Source: Acidobacteriota bacterium (GTDB lineage Bacteria; Acidobacteriota; Thermoanaerobaculia; Multivoradales; JBCCEF01). From it: a DNA stretch of 64,000 bases. Shown piece after piece: positions 46,707-55,057 of the stretch. Position 1 is the first letter of the stretch; each line of letters opens with the position of its first letter. The stretch lies in NCBI GenBank assembly GCA_039028635.1, contig JBCCHV010000019.1, positions 28,343-92,342 on the forward strand. Reading direction: 5' to 3'. The notes beneath the pieces are model-generated. The model ran no database searches. It was not told the origin of the DNA and saw only the letters and a list, made by a program, of their open reading frames with translations. Both the position numbers and the translations under genes were made by a program.

Positions 46707-48809
46707 TCAGCCGCCGCGCCTTTGCAGGCTGGCTTCGAGGGACGCCGTGCGGGCCGACGGAGCCAATGGCACGGCCGGCGCCTCGAGCCTGCGGGCGCGC
46801 CACTGGGCCGGCACGGCGCCGCTCTCGAAGGTGCCCTCGAAGCTGCCGTCGCCGAGCACGCCGGAGAGCTCGACCTTGCCGACCGGGCGGCCGAACCAGG
46901 CGTCGAGCTCGACCCGCGCCGGACTGCCGAAGATCAGCCGCCCGGAGACCCGTGTCGCCGGTAGCTGCCAGTCCATGGTGGCGTTGCGCAGCTCCAGGCG
47001 GGCTCGACCCGAGAGGCGCTTGCCGCGCTGATCGAGATCGAGGATGACCTCCACCCGCAGGTCCTGCTCCGGCAGGAAGACGTTCTCGAGCTCCGCCAGC
47101 CACTCCCCCGCCACCGAGCCGACGTGCCTCGGGACCGGTAGCAAGGCCTCCGCCAGAAGCCGCCGCGGCGTCGCGTCGAGGGCCTCGAGATCGCTGTCCT
47201 CGGGACGCCCCGAGCCGCCGGCGGCGAGGTTCGCCTCGACCAGGCCGTTGAGGGCGACGGCGTAGGGCGGCAGCACCAGATCGTCGGGGGTCAGCTTGCG
47301 GCCACGGCTGAAGACTTCCAGGAAGTCGTTCCACACCCCGGCGATCCAGTGGCAGAGCATCTCGGCGCTGATATCGCTGCGTTCCGGACTCATCAGGCGC
47401 ACCAGCTCTCCGGCGCCCCAGCGAGCGAGCTCGAGGGGGGCTTCGAAGGACTCGGCGCTCGCCACCAGGGCCAGGCTGTCGCGGCGCGAGCGGACGGCGA
47501 TCTCCAGCTCCGGATCTTCCGCCGCCAGCTGGAAGACGACGTCCCAACGCTCGAGAATGCGCTCGATGGTCGCCGGCGCCTCACCCGCCGCCGGCGCCGC
47601 GCCCGGGATCCACAACGCCGTGCCGAGAGGGTGATCCAGTCGCCAGGCGCCGCGGGAAGGATCGAACTCGGCCGTGAAGGTGAAGGCGAGAGGGGCCTCC
47701 TGACGCGGCTGCACCGGCACCAGGCTCGGCGCCGGCGCCTCCCACTCGCCAATCACCACCTCCACCGGCACCCGCACCTCGAGGGAGCGGGTCACCACCG
47801 GCACCCGCACCTCGATGCGCTCCGGCGTGCTGCTGGCGGCGGCGACGATGCGGTCCCCGAAGCGCACTCGCACCTCTTCCACTTGCTCCGAGAAGCCGCT
47901 CCCGGTGAGGGTCAGCAGCTCGCCGACGGTGGCCCGCAGTGGGCGAACGGCGCGAATGCGCGGTCGCACCGAGTAGCGGGTCATGCGCTGATAGATCTCG
48001 CCGCCGTTGCGCCGCACCACCAGCGGCACGTCGTGGATGCCGCTGGTGGCTCGGCCGAGCTCCGGCACCCGCAAGGTCAGGCGACCGCGTCGCTGGTCGA
48101 GAACCTCCGTCGCCTTGCCGGCCAAGGTCACGGTGAGGGCATCGCTGGGATAGATATCCGGACTCTGCAGGATGAGATCGCCCTCCGCCTCGGCGATCGG
48201 CGGCGACACCTGGACCGAGCGCCAGGCGGTCGAGGTCGGGCGCAGCCAGGTGAGCAGGCCCCAGGTGGCGAGGACGAAGGCGACCATCGCGACCAGGCCT
48301 CCGAGGGCGGCTCGGCGACGATCGAAGCGCCGCACCATCGGCCGCGCCGCGACGGCCGCCGGTGGCATGACGGCCCGCGCCGGCTCGGCAGCGCCATCGT
48401 TCGCTCCCGCCGGCGCGCTGATCGGCGATGGATCGGACGACTCCGCCGCCGGCAAACCGAGCTCCGTGAGCAGCCGAGCGGCCGGATCCTCGAGCTCGAT
48501 CCACCAGGGCTTGGCGACATCCGCCTGACCGAGCAGCACCCGTTCGCGATCGCCCAGGCGGGTGACACCGGCGATCCGGCGGCCGCCGACGAAGGTGCCG
48601 CCGGAAGTGCCGATGTCCTCGATGAAGACCTCGCCGCCGGCGACGAACAGGCGCGCATGGTGCAGCCCGACGGAAGGGTGAGGCACCACCAGATCGGCAC
48701 TTTCACCGCGACCAACGATCCACTCGTGACGATCCCCGGCGAGCTCGAGGCGAGCCACCTCCTCGTCGTTCTGGATCATGCGCAGGACCGGATTCGGAAT
48801 GTCGTTCAT
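46707..48809 (-). CDS. FHA-domain membrane protein with periplasmic IPT/TIG-like domain (candidate SctD-like basal-body component)
   Basis: Start at MNDIPNP (GAAGGAG RBS); N-terminal FHA (VGRGESADLVV...HARLFVAGGEVFIEDIGTSGGTFVGG); TM ALGGLVAMVAFVLATWGLLTWL; about 500 periplasmic residues including TIG-like VRPLRATVGELLTLTGSGFSEQVEEVRVRFGDRIV. Last gene of the T3SS operon. Confidence 0.7.
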   Translation of the reverse strand: MNDIPNPVLRMIQNDEEVARLELAGDRHEWIVGRGESADLVVPHPSVGLHHARLFVAGGEVFIEDIGTSGGTFVGGRRIAGVTRLGDRERVLLGQADVAKPWWIELEDPAARLLTELGLPAAESSDPSPISAPAGANDGAAEPARAVMPPAAVAARPMVRRFDRRRAALGGLVAMVAFVLATWGLLTWLRPTSTAWRSVQVSPPIAEAEGDLILQSPDIYPSDALTVTLAGKATEVLDQRRGRLTLRVPELGRATSGIHDVPLVVRRNGGEIYQRMTRYSVRPRIRAVRPLRATVGELLTLTGSGFSEQVEEVRVRFGDRIVAAASSTPERIEVRVPVVTRSLEVRVPVEVVIGEWEAPAPSLVPVQPRQEAPLAFTFTAEFDPSRGAWRLDHPLGTALWIPGAAPAAGEAPATIERILERWDVVFQLAAEDPELEIAVRSRRDSLALVASAESFEAPLELARWGAGELVRLMSPERSDISAEMLCHWIAGVWNDFLEVFSRGRKLTPDDLVLPPYAVALNGLVEANLAAGGSGRPEDSDLEALDATPRRLLAEALLPVPRHVGSVAGEWLAELENVFLPEQDLRVEVILDLDQRGKRLSGRARLELRNATMDWQLPATRVSGRLIFGSPARVELDAWFGRPVGKVELSGVLGDGSFEGTFESGAVPAQWRARRLEAPAVPLAPSARTASLEASLQRRGG

Positions 48810-48834
48810 GACGGCAGCTCCTTCGAAACGGGGC

Positions 48835-49533
48835 TCACAGTAGGAAGACGGCGAGAAGGAAGACGAGGGCGGCGAAGATGGTGGCGACGGCGAGGCCCTG
48901 GAGCAGGAGAGGTACCGGCAGCCGCACCGTCGGAGGCCCCGGGGCACCGGTCGAGGCATCGAAGCGCACCGGCAGGGGCCAGGCGTCATCCGGCGGCTCG
49001 TCCTGTGGACGACCGCGCGCCGCCCACAGGGTCCACGGCTCGAGGCCGGCGGCCCGCGCTCCGGGTCGTTGACAGCGATCGTCGGACGAGAAGGCGGCGA
49101 GCTCCGGTGTCGGAGCCGGCGCAGCCTCTTCGACCACCTCGCCCTCGAGGACCTCTTCGAGGCGCAGCTCGAGGGGGCCCAGACGCAGGACCCAATCCCC
49201 GGCCGTCACCTCCGGGTAGATGAGGTAGGACCGGTGAGCCACCAACCGCTCGTGGTTCAGCCAGGTGCCCTCCGGCGAGCCCAGATCGGTGACTTCGAAA
49301 CCGGCGTCGAGGTGGCGAATCATCAGATGCCGGGGGGCCACTCGCGGATGGCGCAAGATCACCTCGTTGCCGGCGCCGCGGCCGACGTAGAGGGTGCGTC
49401 GCCGGCATCCGTGGCTCGCTTCCCGGCCGTTGGGGTAGCGCACGTGAACGTAGCAAAGCCGCTGGTCGTCGGCATCCGGTCCGCCGAGCCAGCGCTCGAT
49501 CTCGCGCCCCCCGGGATCGGCATCAGGCTTCAA
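48835..49533 (-). CDS. FHA-domain protein with a C-terminal TM anchor
   Basis: FHA core (RTLYVGRGAGNEVILRHPRVAPRHLMIRHLDAGFEVTDLGSPEGTWLNHERL); C-terminal hydrophobic tail. Start TTG with GAGGAGG RBS, overlapping the sctV 3' end. Confidence 0.65.
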   Translation of the reverse strand: MKPDADPGGREIERWLGGPDADDQRLCYVHVRYPNGREASHGCRRRTLYVGRGAGNEVILRHPRVAPRHLMIRHLDAGFEVTDLGSPEGTWLNHERLVAHRSYLIYPEVTAGDWVLRLGPLELRLEEVLEGEVVEEAAPAPTPELAAFSSDDRCQRPGARAAGLEPWTLWAARGRPQDEPPDDAWPLPVRFDASTGAPGPPTVRLPVPLLLQGLAVATIFAALVFLLAVFLL

Positions 49534-51730
49534 GGCGAGCCTCCTCGGCGGCCAGCAACGAGCCCTCCGGCAAGGTCACCCGGCCCACCGGCTGGATCTG
49601 GAGGCTGGGCGGCAGCTCCTGGAAGGACAGCACCGCGACGTGGGGGTACTGGAACTCGAGCAGGCGCTTGATGAAGTAGCGCACCTCCATGTGGGTCAAG
49701 GCCACCACCTGGCCGCTACCGCCGCCGTTGCCGCTCCCCCCGCGGCTCTTGCCGAAGGCCTCGCCGAAGGCGTCGAGCAGAGCCCGGCTGACCTCCGGCT
49801 CGAGGGAAAGGGAGCTGCCCGAGGAAGACTGCTGAACGCCGTCGCGCACCGCCTGCTCGATGCGCGGATCGAGCAGATAGACGGACATCATGCTGCGTCC
49901 GGCGGCATAGCGGTGGGCGATGTACTGCTTGAGATTCATGCGCACGTACTCGGTGAGGTACACCGGGTCGCTCTCGAAGCTCGCCCACTCCGCCAGGGCC
50001 TCGAGGATGGCGCGCATGTTGCGGATCGAGATGTTCTCCCGCAGCAGGCGCCGCAGCACGTCCGTCAGGCGCTGCACCGACACCAGGTTGGGCACCACGC
50101 TCTGGGCGAGGGCGCCGTAGCCCTGACCCTCGAGCAGATCGAGCATGTTCTGCACCTCTTGGATGCCGATCAGCTCGTCGACGTGCTTGCGCAGCACCTG
50201 GGCCAGGTGGAGGGCCATGTACTCGTCCGGCTGAATGCGCACGCCGACGCCGGCAGGAATGCGCTCGGCATCGGCCAGGCTGACCCACAGCCCCTTGCCC
50301 TGGCCCGCTGGATGGGGGCCGTGGACACCGTCGATGCCGAGCATCGCCACCTGGTCGAGCTGGCCCGAGACGAACACCTTGTCGGGATGCACCACGCCGT
50401 TGGCCACCGGCACCTCGTTGACGTAGACGCCGTAGCCGTTCTCGGTCAGATTGTCGGCATCGCCGCGCACCCGGACGCCTGGGAAGATGACCCCGAGATC
50501 GGAGAACAGCCACTCCCGCATCTGCGGAATGAGCTCCGAGATGAAGCGCGCCCCGTCGGCCTCGATGTCGACCAGCGGAGTGATCTGGGTGCTGGTCTCG
50601 AGAATCACCGGCACCGCCATCGGCAAGCGCTTCTCGGCGGCTTCCGAGTCCTGCTCCTTCGAGCCCATGACCTCCGCCCGGCGGGCCTCGATGTCCTTCT
50701 TGTCGCGGGTGCGAGAGATCCCCCAGGCGAGGCCAGCGGCCGCCAGCGAGAGCACCAGGAATGGCAGCACCGGCAGCCCCGGAACCAGGGCGAGAACGAA
50801 GAGCAAGCCGCTCGAGATGGCGATCGCCCGCGGCTGGGCCAGAATCTGGACGCCGATCTCGCGGCCGAGGGAGGACTCCTCGCCCGGCGCCGACGCCACC
50901 CGGGTGGTGATGATGCCGGCGGCAGTGGCGATCAGCAGCGACGGGATCTGCGACACCAAGCCATCGCCGACGGTCAGCAAGGTGAAGCGCTTGGCGGCCT
51001 CGGCGAAGGTCATGTCGCGGGCCAAGATGCCGATGCCGAGGCCGGCGGCGATATTGATCAAGGAGATCAGAATGCCGGCGATCGCGTCGCCCTTGACGAA
51101 CTTCATGGCTCCGTCCATGGCGCCGTAGAACTGCGACTCGCGGCCGAGCAGCTCGCGCCGGCGGCGCGCCTCCTCGATATCGATGATGCCGGCTCGCAGG
51201 TCGGCGTCGATCGACATCTGCTTGCCCGGCAGGGCGTCCAGGGTGAAGCGCGCCGAGACCTCGGAGACCCGTTCGGCGCCCTTGGCGATGACCACGAACT
51301 GGATGATGGTGATGATCAGGAAGACCACGAACCCGACCACGTAGTCGCCGCGCACCACGAAGGTGCCGAAGGCACCGATGACCTCGCCGGCGTAGCCCTG
51401 CAGCAGAATCAGCCGCGTCGACGAGACATTGAGGGCGAGGCGGAAGAGGGTCGCCACCAGCAGGATGCTGGGGAAAGAGGCCAGCGCCATGGCATTGGGG
51501 ATGTAGAGGGAGATCATCAACATCACCACCGCCAGGGTGATGTTGGCGGCGAGGAAGAGATCGAGCACCGGCGCCGGCATCGGCACCACCAGAATGCCGA
51601 CGATGGCGATCACCAACAGGGCCAGGAAGATGTCGCTGTAGCGGGTCAGGACCTGATTGAGGTTGCCCTCGAGCAGGTAGCCGCGCAGGCTGCGGGGATC
51701 CAGCGGGGGCAGTTTGATCGACAGGCTCAT
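49523..51730 (-). CDS. sctV: Type III secretion export-gate protein SctV (YscV/LcrD/InvA family)
   Basis: 735 aa; N-terminal TM domain with FHIPEP-family motifs and a large cytoplasmic C-domain; AGGAGG RBS. Confidence 0.9.
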   Translation of the reverse strand: MSLSIKLPPLDPRSLRGYLLEGNLNQVLTRYSDIFLALLVIAIVGILVVPMPAPVLDLFLAANITLAVVMLMISLYIPNAMALASFPSILLVATLFRLALNVSSTRLILLQGYAGEVIGAFGTFVVRGDYVVGFVVFLIITIIQFVVIAKGAERVSEVSARFTLDALPGKQMSIDADLRAGIIDIEEARRRRELLGRESQFYGAMDGAMKFVKGDAIAGILISLINIAAGLGIGILARDMTFAEAAKRFTLLTVGDGLVSQIPSLLIATAAGIITTRVASAPGEESSLGREIGVQILAQPRAIAISSGLLFVLALVPGLPVLPFLVLSLAAAGLAWGISRTRDKKDIEARRAEVMGSKEQDSEAAEKRLPMAVPVILETSTQITPLVDIEADGARFISELIPQMREWLFSDLGVIFPGVRVRGDADNLTENGYGVYVNEVPVANGVVHPDKVFVSGQLDQVAMLGIDGVHGPHPAGQGKGLWVSLADAERIPAGVGVRIQPDEYMALHLAQVLRKHVDELIGIQEVQNMLDLLEGQGYGALAQSVVPNLVSVQRLTDVLRRLLRENISIRNMRAILEALAEWASFESDPVYLTEYVRMNLKQYIAHRYAAGRSMMSVYLLDPRIEQAVRDGVQQSSSGSSLSLEPEVSRALLDAFGEAFGKSRGGSGNGGGSGQVVALTHMEVRYFIKRLLEFQYPHVAVLSFQELPPSLQIQPVGRVTLPEGSLLAAEEARLEA

Positions 51731-51764
51731 GGCTCGCCTCCTGGGGTCTCTGCGACTCGCTTTT

Positions 51765-52820
51765 TCAGGCCGTCGACCGACGCAGGCGGTAGACGAACAT
51801 CAGGACCTCGGCGACGGCGGCGTAGAGGTCCCGCGGCACCAGGTCGCCCTCCTCGGTCTCGAACAGGGCGCGGGCCAAAGGCACATCGCGAACCACCGGC
51901 GTGCCGTGCCGGCGGGCGAAGTCCTTGATCCGCTGCGCCACCCGATCGCGCCCCTTGACCGTCACCAGCGGCGCCGGCACCCGCTCCTTGTCATAGAGCA
52001 GGGCGACCGCAAGGTGGGTCGGGTTGACCACCACGGCGTCCGCCGCCTGGATCGCCCGCGACAGGTCTTGCTGGGTCATCTCCGCCTGCAGCACCCGCCG
52101 CTGGTTCTTGATCAGGGGATCGCCCTCGGTGTCCTTGTGCTCGCGCTTGACCTCGTGCTTGCCCATCCGCTGGTCGCGCTGGAACTGCCAGCGCTGAAAC
52201 AGCAGATCGACCGCCCCGAGGCAGAAGAACACCACCCCGACGCCGATCAGGAAGCCCTGCGCCACGCTTCCCACCACCTGGAAGATCTCCGGCGGCCCGG
52301 CGAGGCCGAGGCGCAGGATCACAGCCATCGCGCTCCAGATGGCGAGGTAGGCCACCACCACGATGGCGGCCAGCTTGAGCAGCGTCTTGAGAAACTCCAT
52401 CAGCCCACGGGCCGAGAAGATCTGCTTCAGGCGCTTCATCGGGCTCAGCTTCTTGAGCTCGGGCTTGAGCGGATGGAAGGAGAACAGGCCCTGAGTCTGG
52501 GCGAAGCCCGCCACTACCCCCGCCACCAGCACTGCCAGCAGCATCGGCGCCAGCAGCGTCGGCACCGCGCGCAGCGCCTCGACCAAAAAGGCCTGCAACA
52601 CATCGACCCCGAGGTGATCCTGGGCGGTGACCGCCACCAGGTCCGTCCAGCTACGCCGGAAGAGCTCCAGCAGGCCACCGCCGAGGGCGAAGACGGCCAG
52701 GATCCCGACCAGATAGATGACCACGCCATTGGCGTCCCGGCTGAACGAGGCCTGGCCCTTCTTGCGCGCTTCGCGCAGTCGACGCGGCGTCGGTTTCTCG
52801 GTCTTCTGCTCGCTGCTCAC
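51765..52820 (-). CDS. sctU: Type III secretion autoprotease/switch protein SctU (YscU/FlhB family)
   Basis: NPTH autocleavage motif; N-terminus SSEQKTEKPTPRRLREARKKGQ; GTG start with GGAGG RBS, overlapping the sctT stop. Confidence 0.85.
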   Translation of the reverse strand: MSSEQKTEKPTPRRLREARKKGQASFSRDANGVVIYLVGILAVFALGGGLLELFRRSWTDLVAVTAQDHLGVDVLQAFLVEALRAVPTLLAPMLLAVLVAGVVAGFAQTQGLFSFHPLKPELKKLSPMKRLKQIFSARGLMEFLKTLLKLAAIVVVAYLAIWSAMAVILRLGLAGPPEIFQVVGSVAQGFLIGVGVVFFCLGAVDLLFQRWQFQRDQRMGKHEVKREHKDTEGDPLIKNQRRVLQAEMTQQDLSRAIQAADAVVVNPTHLAVALLYDKERVPAPLVTVKGRDRVAQRIKDFARRHGTPVVRDVPLARALFETEEGDLVPRDLYAAVAEVLMFVYRLRRSTA

Positions 52821-53662
52821 GGTGCCTCCGCGGGCGTCGCCAAGCGCTCGACCAGCTCGTCCAGGGTGTGCTGCTGCTGGACGAAGCGATCGTTGGCGAT
52901 GGCGGCGATGAAGTAGATCGACAGACCGATGGCGAGGGCGCCGAGGGCCGACTTCAAGGACAGGCTGACGAAGAAGACATCGAGCTGCGGCGCCATGCGA
53001 TTGGCGACTCCGAGAACGAGATCGAGCATCATCACCACCGCCAGGGCCGGGGCGATCATCTTGACCCCGATCACCAGCACGTCGGCGGTGGCGTTGATCA
53101 GTCCGCCGACGATGTTGCCGAGGGCGGCCTCGGAGAACGGCGGCAGCAGACGGTAGGAATCGAACATCCCGGCGAGGAACCAGCGGTGGCCTCCGACCAG
53201 CATGAAGAGCACGATGAGGAGCTGGAAGTAGAAGCCGCCAAGGAGTGACGACTGCACCCGGGTCTGCGGCAGCAGGGTGTTGGCGACGGTGGTGCCGCGC
53301 ACCGAGTCGATGAAGCGCCCACCGGCCTCGCCGCCCCAGAAGACCAGTCCCGAGACGAAGCCGAGCAGCAGGCCGAGGGCGAGCTCGCGCAGCAAGAGCA
53401 CCCACCAGGCGAGGTTGTCGAGGTTCAGCGGTGCGGGCGCCTGAGAGCTCATCCAGGGCAGCAGGAAGAGGGCCATCACGATCGCGAACCCCATGCGCAC
53501 CGGCGCCGGGGCGCTGCGCGAGCCGAGGAATGGAGCCACCGTGAAGACCGGCACCCAGCGCGCCAGGGCGAGGGTGAAGAGGGCGGCGCTGTCGAACAGT
53601 CCGTGACGCAGGCCGGCGGCTTCCGCCAGGGGCTGGTAGAAGCTCTCGAGGGGAGTGGCCAT
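52817..53662 (-). CDS. sctT: Type III secretion export-apparatus protein SctT (YscT/FliR family)
   Basis: 281 aa polytopic protein at the SctT position; FliR-like start MATPLESF... Confidence 0.8.
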   Translation of the reverse strand: MATPLESFYQPLAEAAGLRHGLFDSAALFTLALARWVPVFTVAPFLGSRSAPAPVRMGFAIVMALFLLPWMSSQAPAPLNLDNLAWWVLLLRELALGLLLGFVSGLVFWGGEAGGRFIDSVRGTTVANTLLPQTRVQSSLLGGFYFQLLIVLFMLVGGHRWFLAGMFDSYRLLPPFSEAALGNIVGGLINATADVLVIGVKMIAPALAVVMMLDLVLGVANRMAPQLDVFFVSLSLKSALGALAIGLSIYFIAAIANDRFVQQQHTLDELVERLATPAEAP

Positions 53663-53677
53663 GGCGAGCCTCGCGGC

Positions 53678-53944
53678 CTACCCCACCCAGTGTCCGAAGT
53701 TGTCGAAGATCAGGCGAGTGAAGGTGTAGAGCTGGCTGCTCATCCAGGCCCCGGCGAGGAACAGCATGCCGAAGACGGCGACGATCTTGCCCACCACCTG
53801 GGTGGTCTGCTCCTGGATCTGGGTCAGCGCCTGGATCACCGCCAGCCCCAGCCCAACCACCAGAGCGAGCAGGATCGGCGGCGCCGAGATCAGCACCGTC
53901 AGCAGGATGGCGCGCTGGGCGAGGCTGAGGAACTGGGTCTCCAT
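53678..53944 (-). CDS. sctS: Type III secretion export-apparatus protein SctS (YscS/FliQ family)
   Basis: 88 aa two-TM protein; start at METQFLSL with AGGAGA RBS (the ORF-track extension is rejected). Confidence 0.8.
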   Translation of the reverse strand: METQFLSLAQRAILLTVLISAPPILLALVVGLGLAVIQALTQIQEQTTQVVGKIVAVFGMLFLAGAWMSSQLYTFTRLIFDNFGHWVG

Positions 53945-53993
53945 GGGCACGTCTCCTGGGTGGTCGGGCGGCGAGGGCGCTGGGCGCCGGCGC

Positions 53994-54719
53994 CTAAACC
54001 ACCATGTAGGGCTGCAGCAGACCTTTGCTGAGCAACTGCCAGCCATCCACCATGATGAAGAGAAGCAACTTGAAGGGCATCGACACCACCACCGGCGGCA
54101 GCATGTGCATACCCATCGCCAGCAGGATGTTCGACACCACCATGTCGATGATCAGGAAGGGGAGAAAGATCAGGAAGCCGATGGCGAAGGCCTCCGCCAG
54201 CTCGCTGATCGCGAAGGCCGGCAGCAGCACCATCAGGCCGTCCTCGGCGACCTCGTCGGCGGCCGCCGGATCGCCGGCGCGCTCGGCGGCGAAACGCCGC
54301 GCCTGACCGAAGAACACCGCCACGTCGTCCTGATGGGCATGGCGCGCCAAGAAGCGCTGCAGCGGCGGCTTGGCCTTGCCGAGGGCCTCGACGATGGTGC
54401 GGGCGCCACCGCCACTGAGGGTCTCGACCCGCTGGCTGGCGGCCATCTCCTGGCGCAACACCTCGTAGACCTCCTGCCCCACCGGCGCCATCACGTACAT
54501 GCTGAGCACCACCGACAGCCCCATGATCACCGGCGTCGGCGGCACCTGCTGGGTTCCCAAGGCGGTGCGCAGGATCGATAGCACGACCGAGAACTTGAGG
54601 AACGAGGTGGTCATCATCAGCAGGAAGGGCAGCAGCGACAACAACCCCAGCATGAGGACCGTGGTGATCGGGTTGGCACCGAGCTGGAAGGGCGCCGAGA
54701 CGCTCAGCAATGCGCTCAC
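53994..54719 (-). CDS. sctR: Type III secretion export-apparatus protein SctR (YscR/FliP family)
   Basis: 241 aa; FliP-family conserved segments (LKFSVVLSILRTALG, PFKLLLFIMVDGW). Confidence 0.85.
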   Translation of the reverse strand: MSALLSVSAPFQLGANPITTVLMLGLLSLLPFLLMMTTSFLKFSVVLSILRTALGTQQVPPTPVIMGLSVVLSMYVMAPVGQEVYEVLRQEMAASQRVETLSGGGARTIVEALGKAKPPLQRFLARHAHQDDVAVFFGQARRFAAERAGDPAAADEVAEDGLMVLLPAFAISELAEAFAIGFLIFLPFLIIDMVVSNILLAMGMHMLPPVVVSMPFKLLLFIMVDGWQLLSKGLLQPYMVV

Positions 54720-55057
54720 GGCAGGCTCCGCAGGCGGCGGCCATCCCCGGAGGCGGAGTCACCGGTGCCCTCCACGACGGAGTCCTCGGCATCGGGACCG
54801 CCTCCTTCCCAGGCATCGAGGCGCGCCACGCCGCCGGGCCCGAAGGCCGCCAGAACCTGCCGGCCCGCGACCTGCAGCAGCGCGACCTTGTGCTGTCGAT
54901 CGATGGCTCGTACCTCGAGCACTTCGAGGCGGCCACCGCGGCGGCCACCGGCGACCATCAGCCGCGGCAGGAGATAACGGGTGACGATCACCGCCAGTCC
55001 CACCACCACGATCAGAGAGCCGAGGAGGCGGAGGCCGAGCACCAGGCCCTCGCTCAA
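54716..55057 (-). CDS. FliO-like small single-TM protein between sctQ and sctR
   Basis: 113 aa from a TTG start that overlaps the sctQ stop (TTGA), with GGAGG 7 nt upstream; N-terminal TM LVLGLRLLGSLIVVVGLAVIV, then GRLEVLEVRAIDRQHKVALLQVAGRQVLAAFGPGGVARL, resembling the FliO conserved region. Its stop overlaps the sctR start. Confidence 0.5.
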   Translation of the reverse strand: MSEGLVLGLRLLGSLIVVVGLAVIVTRYLLPRLMVAGGRRGGRLEVLEVRAIDRQHKVALLQVAGRQVLAAFGPGGVARLDAWEGGGPDAEDSVVEGTGDSASGDGRRLRSLP

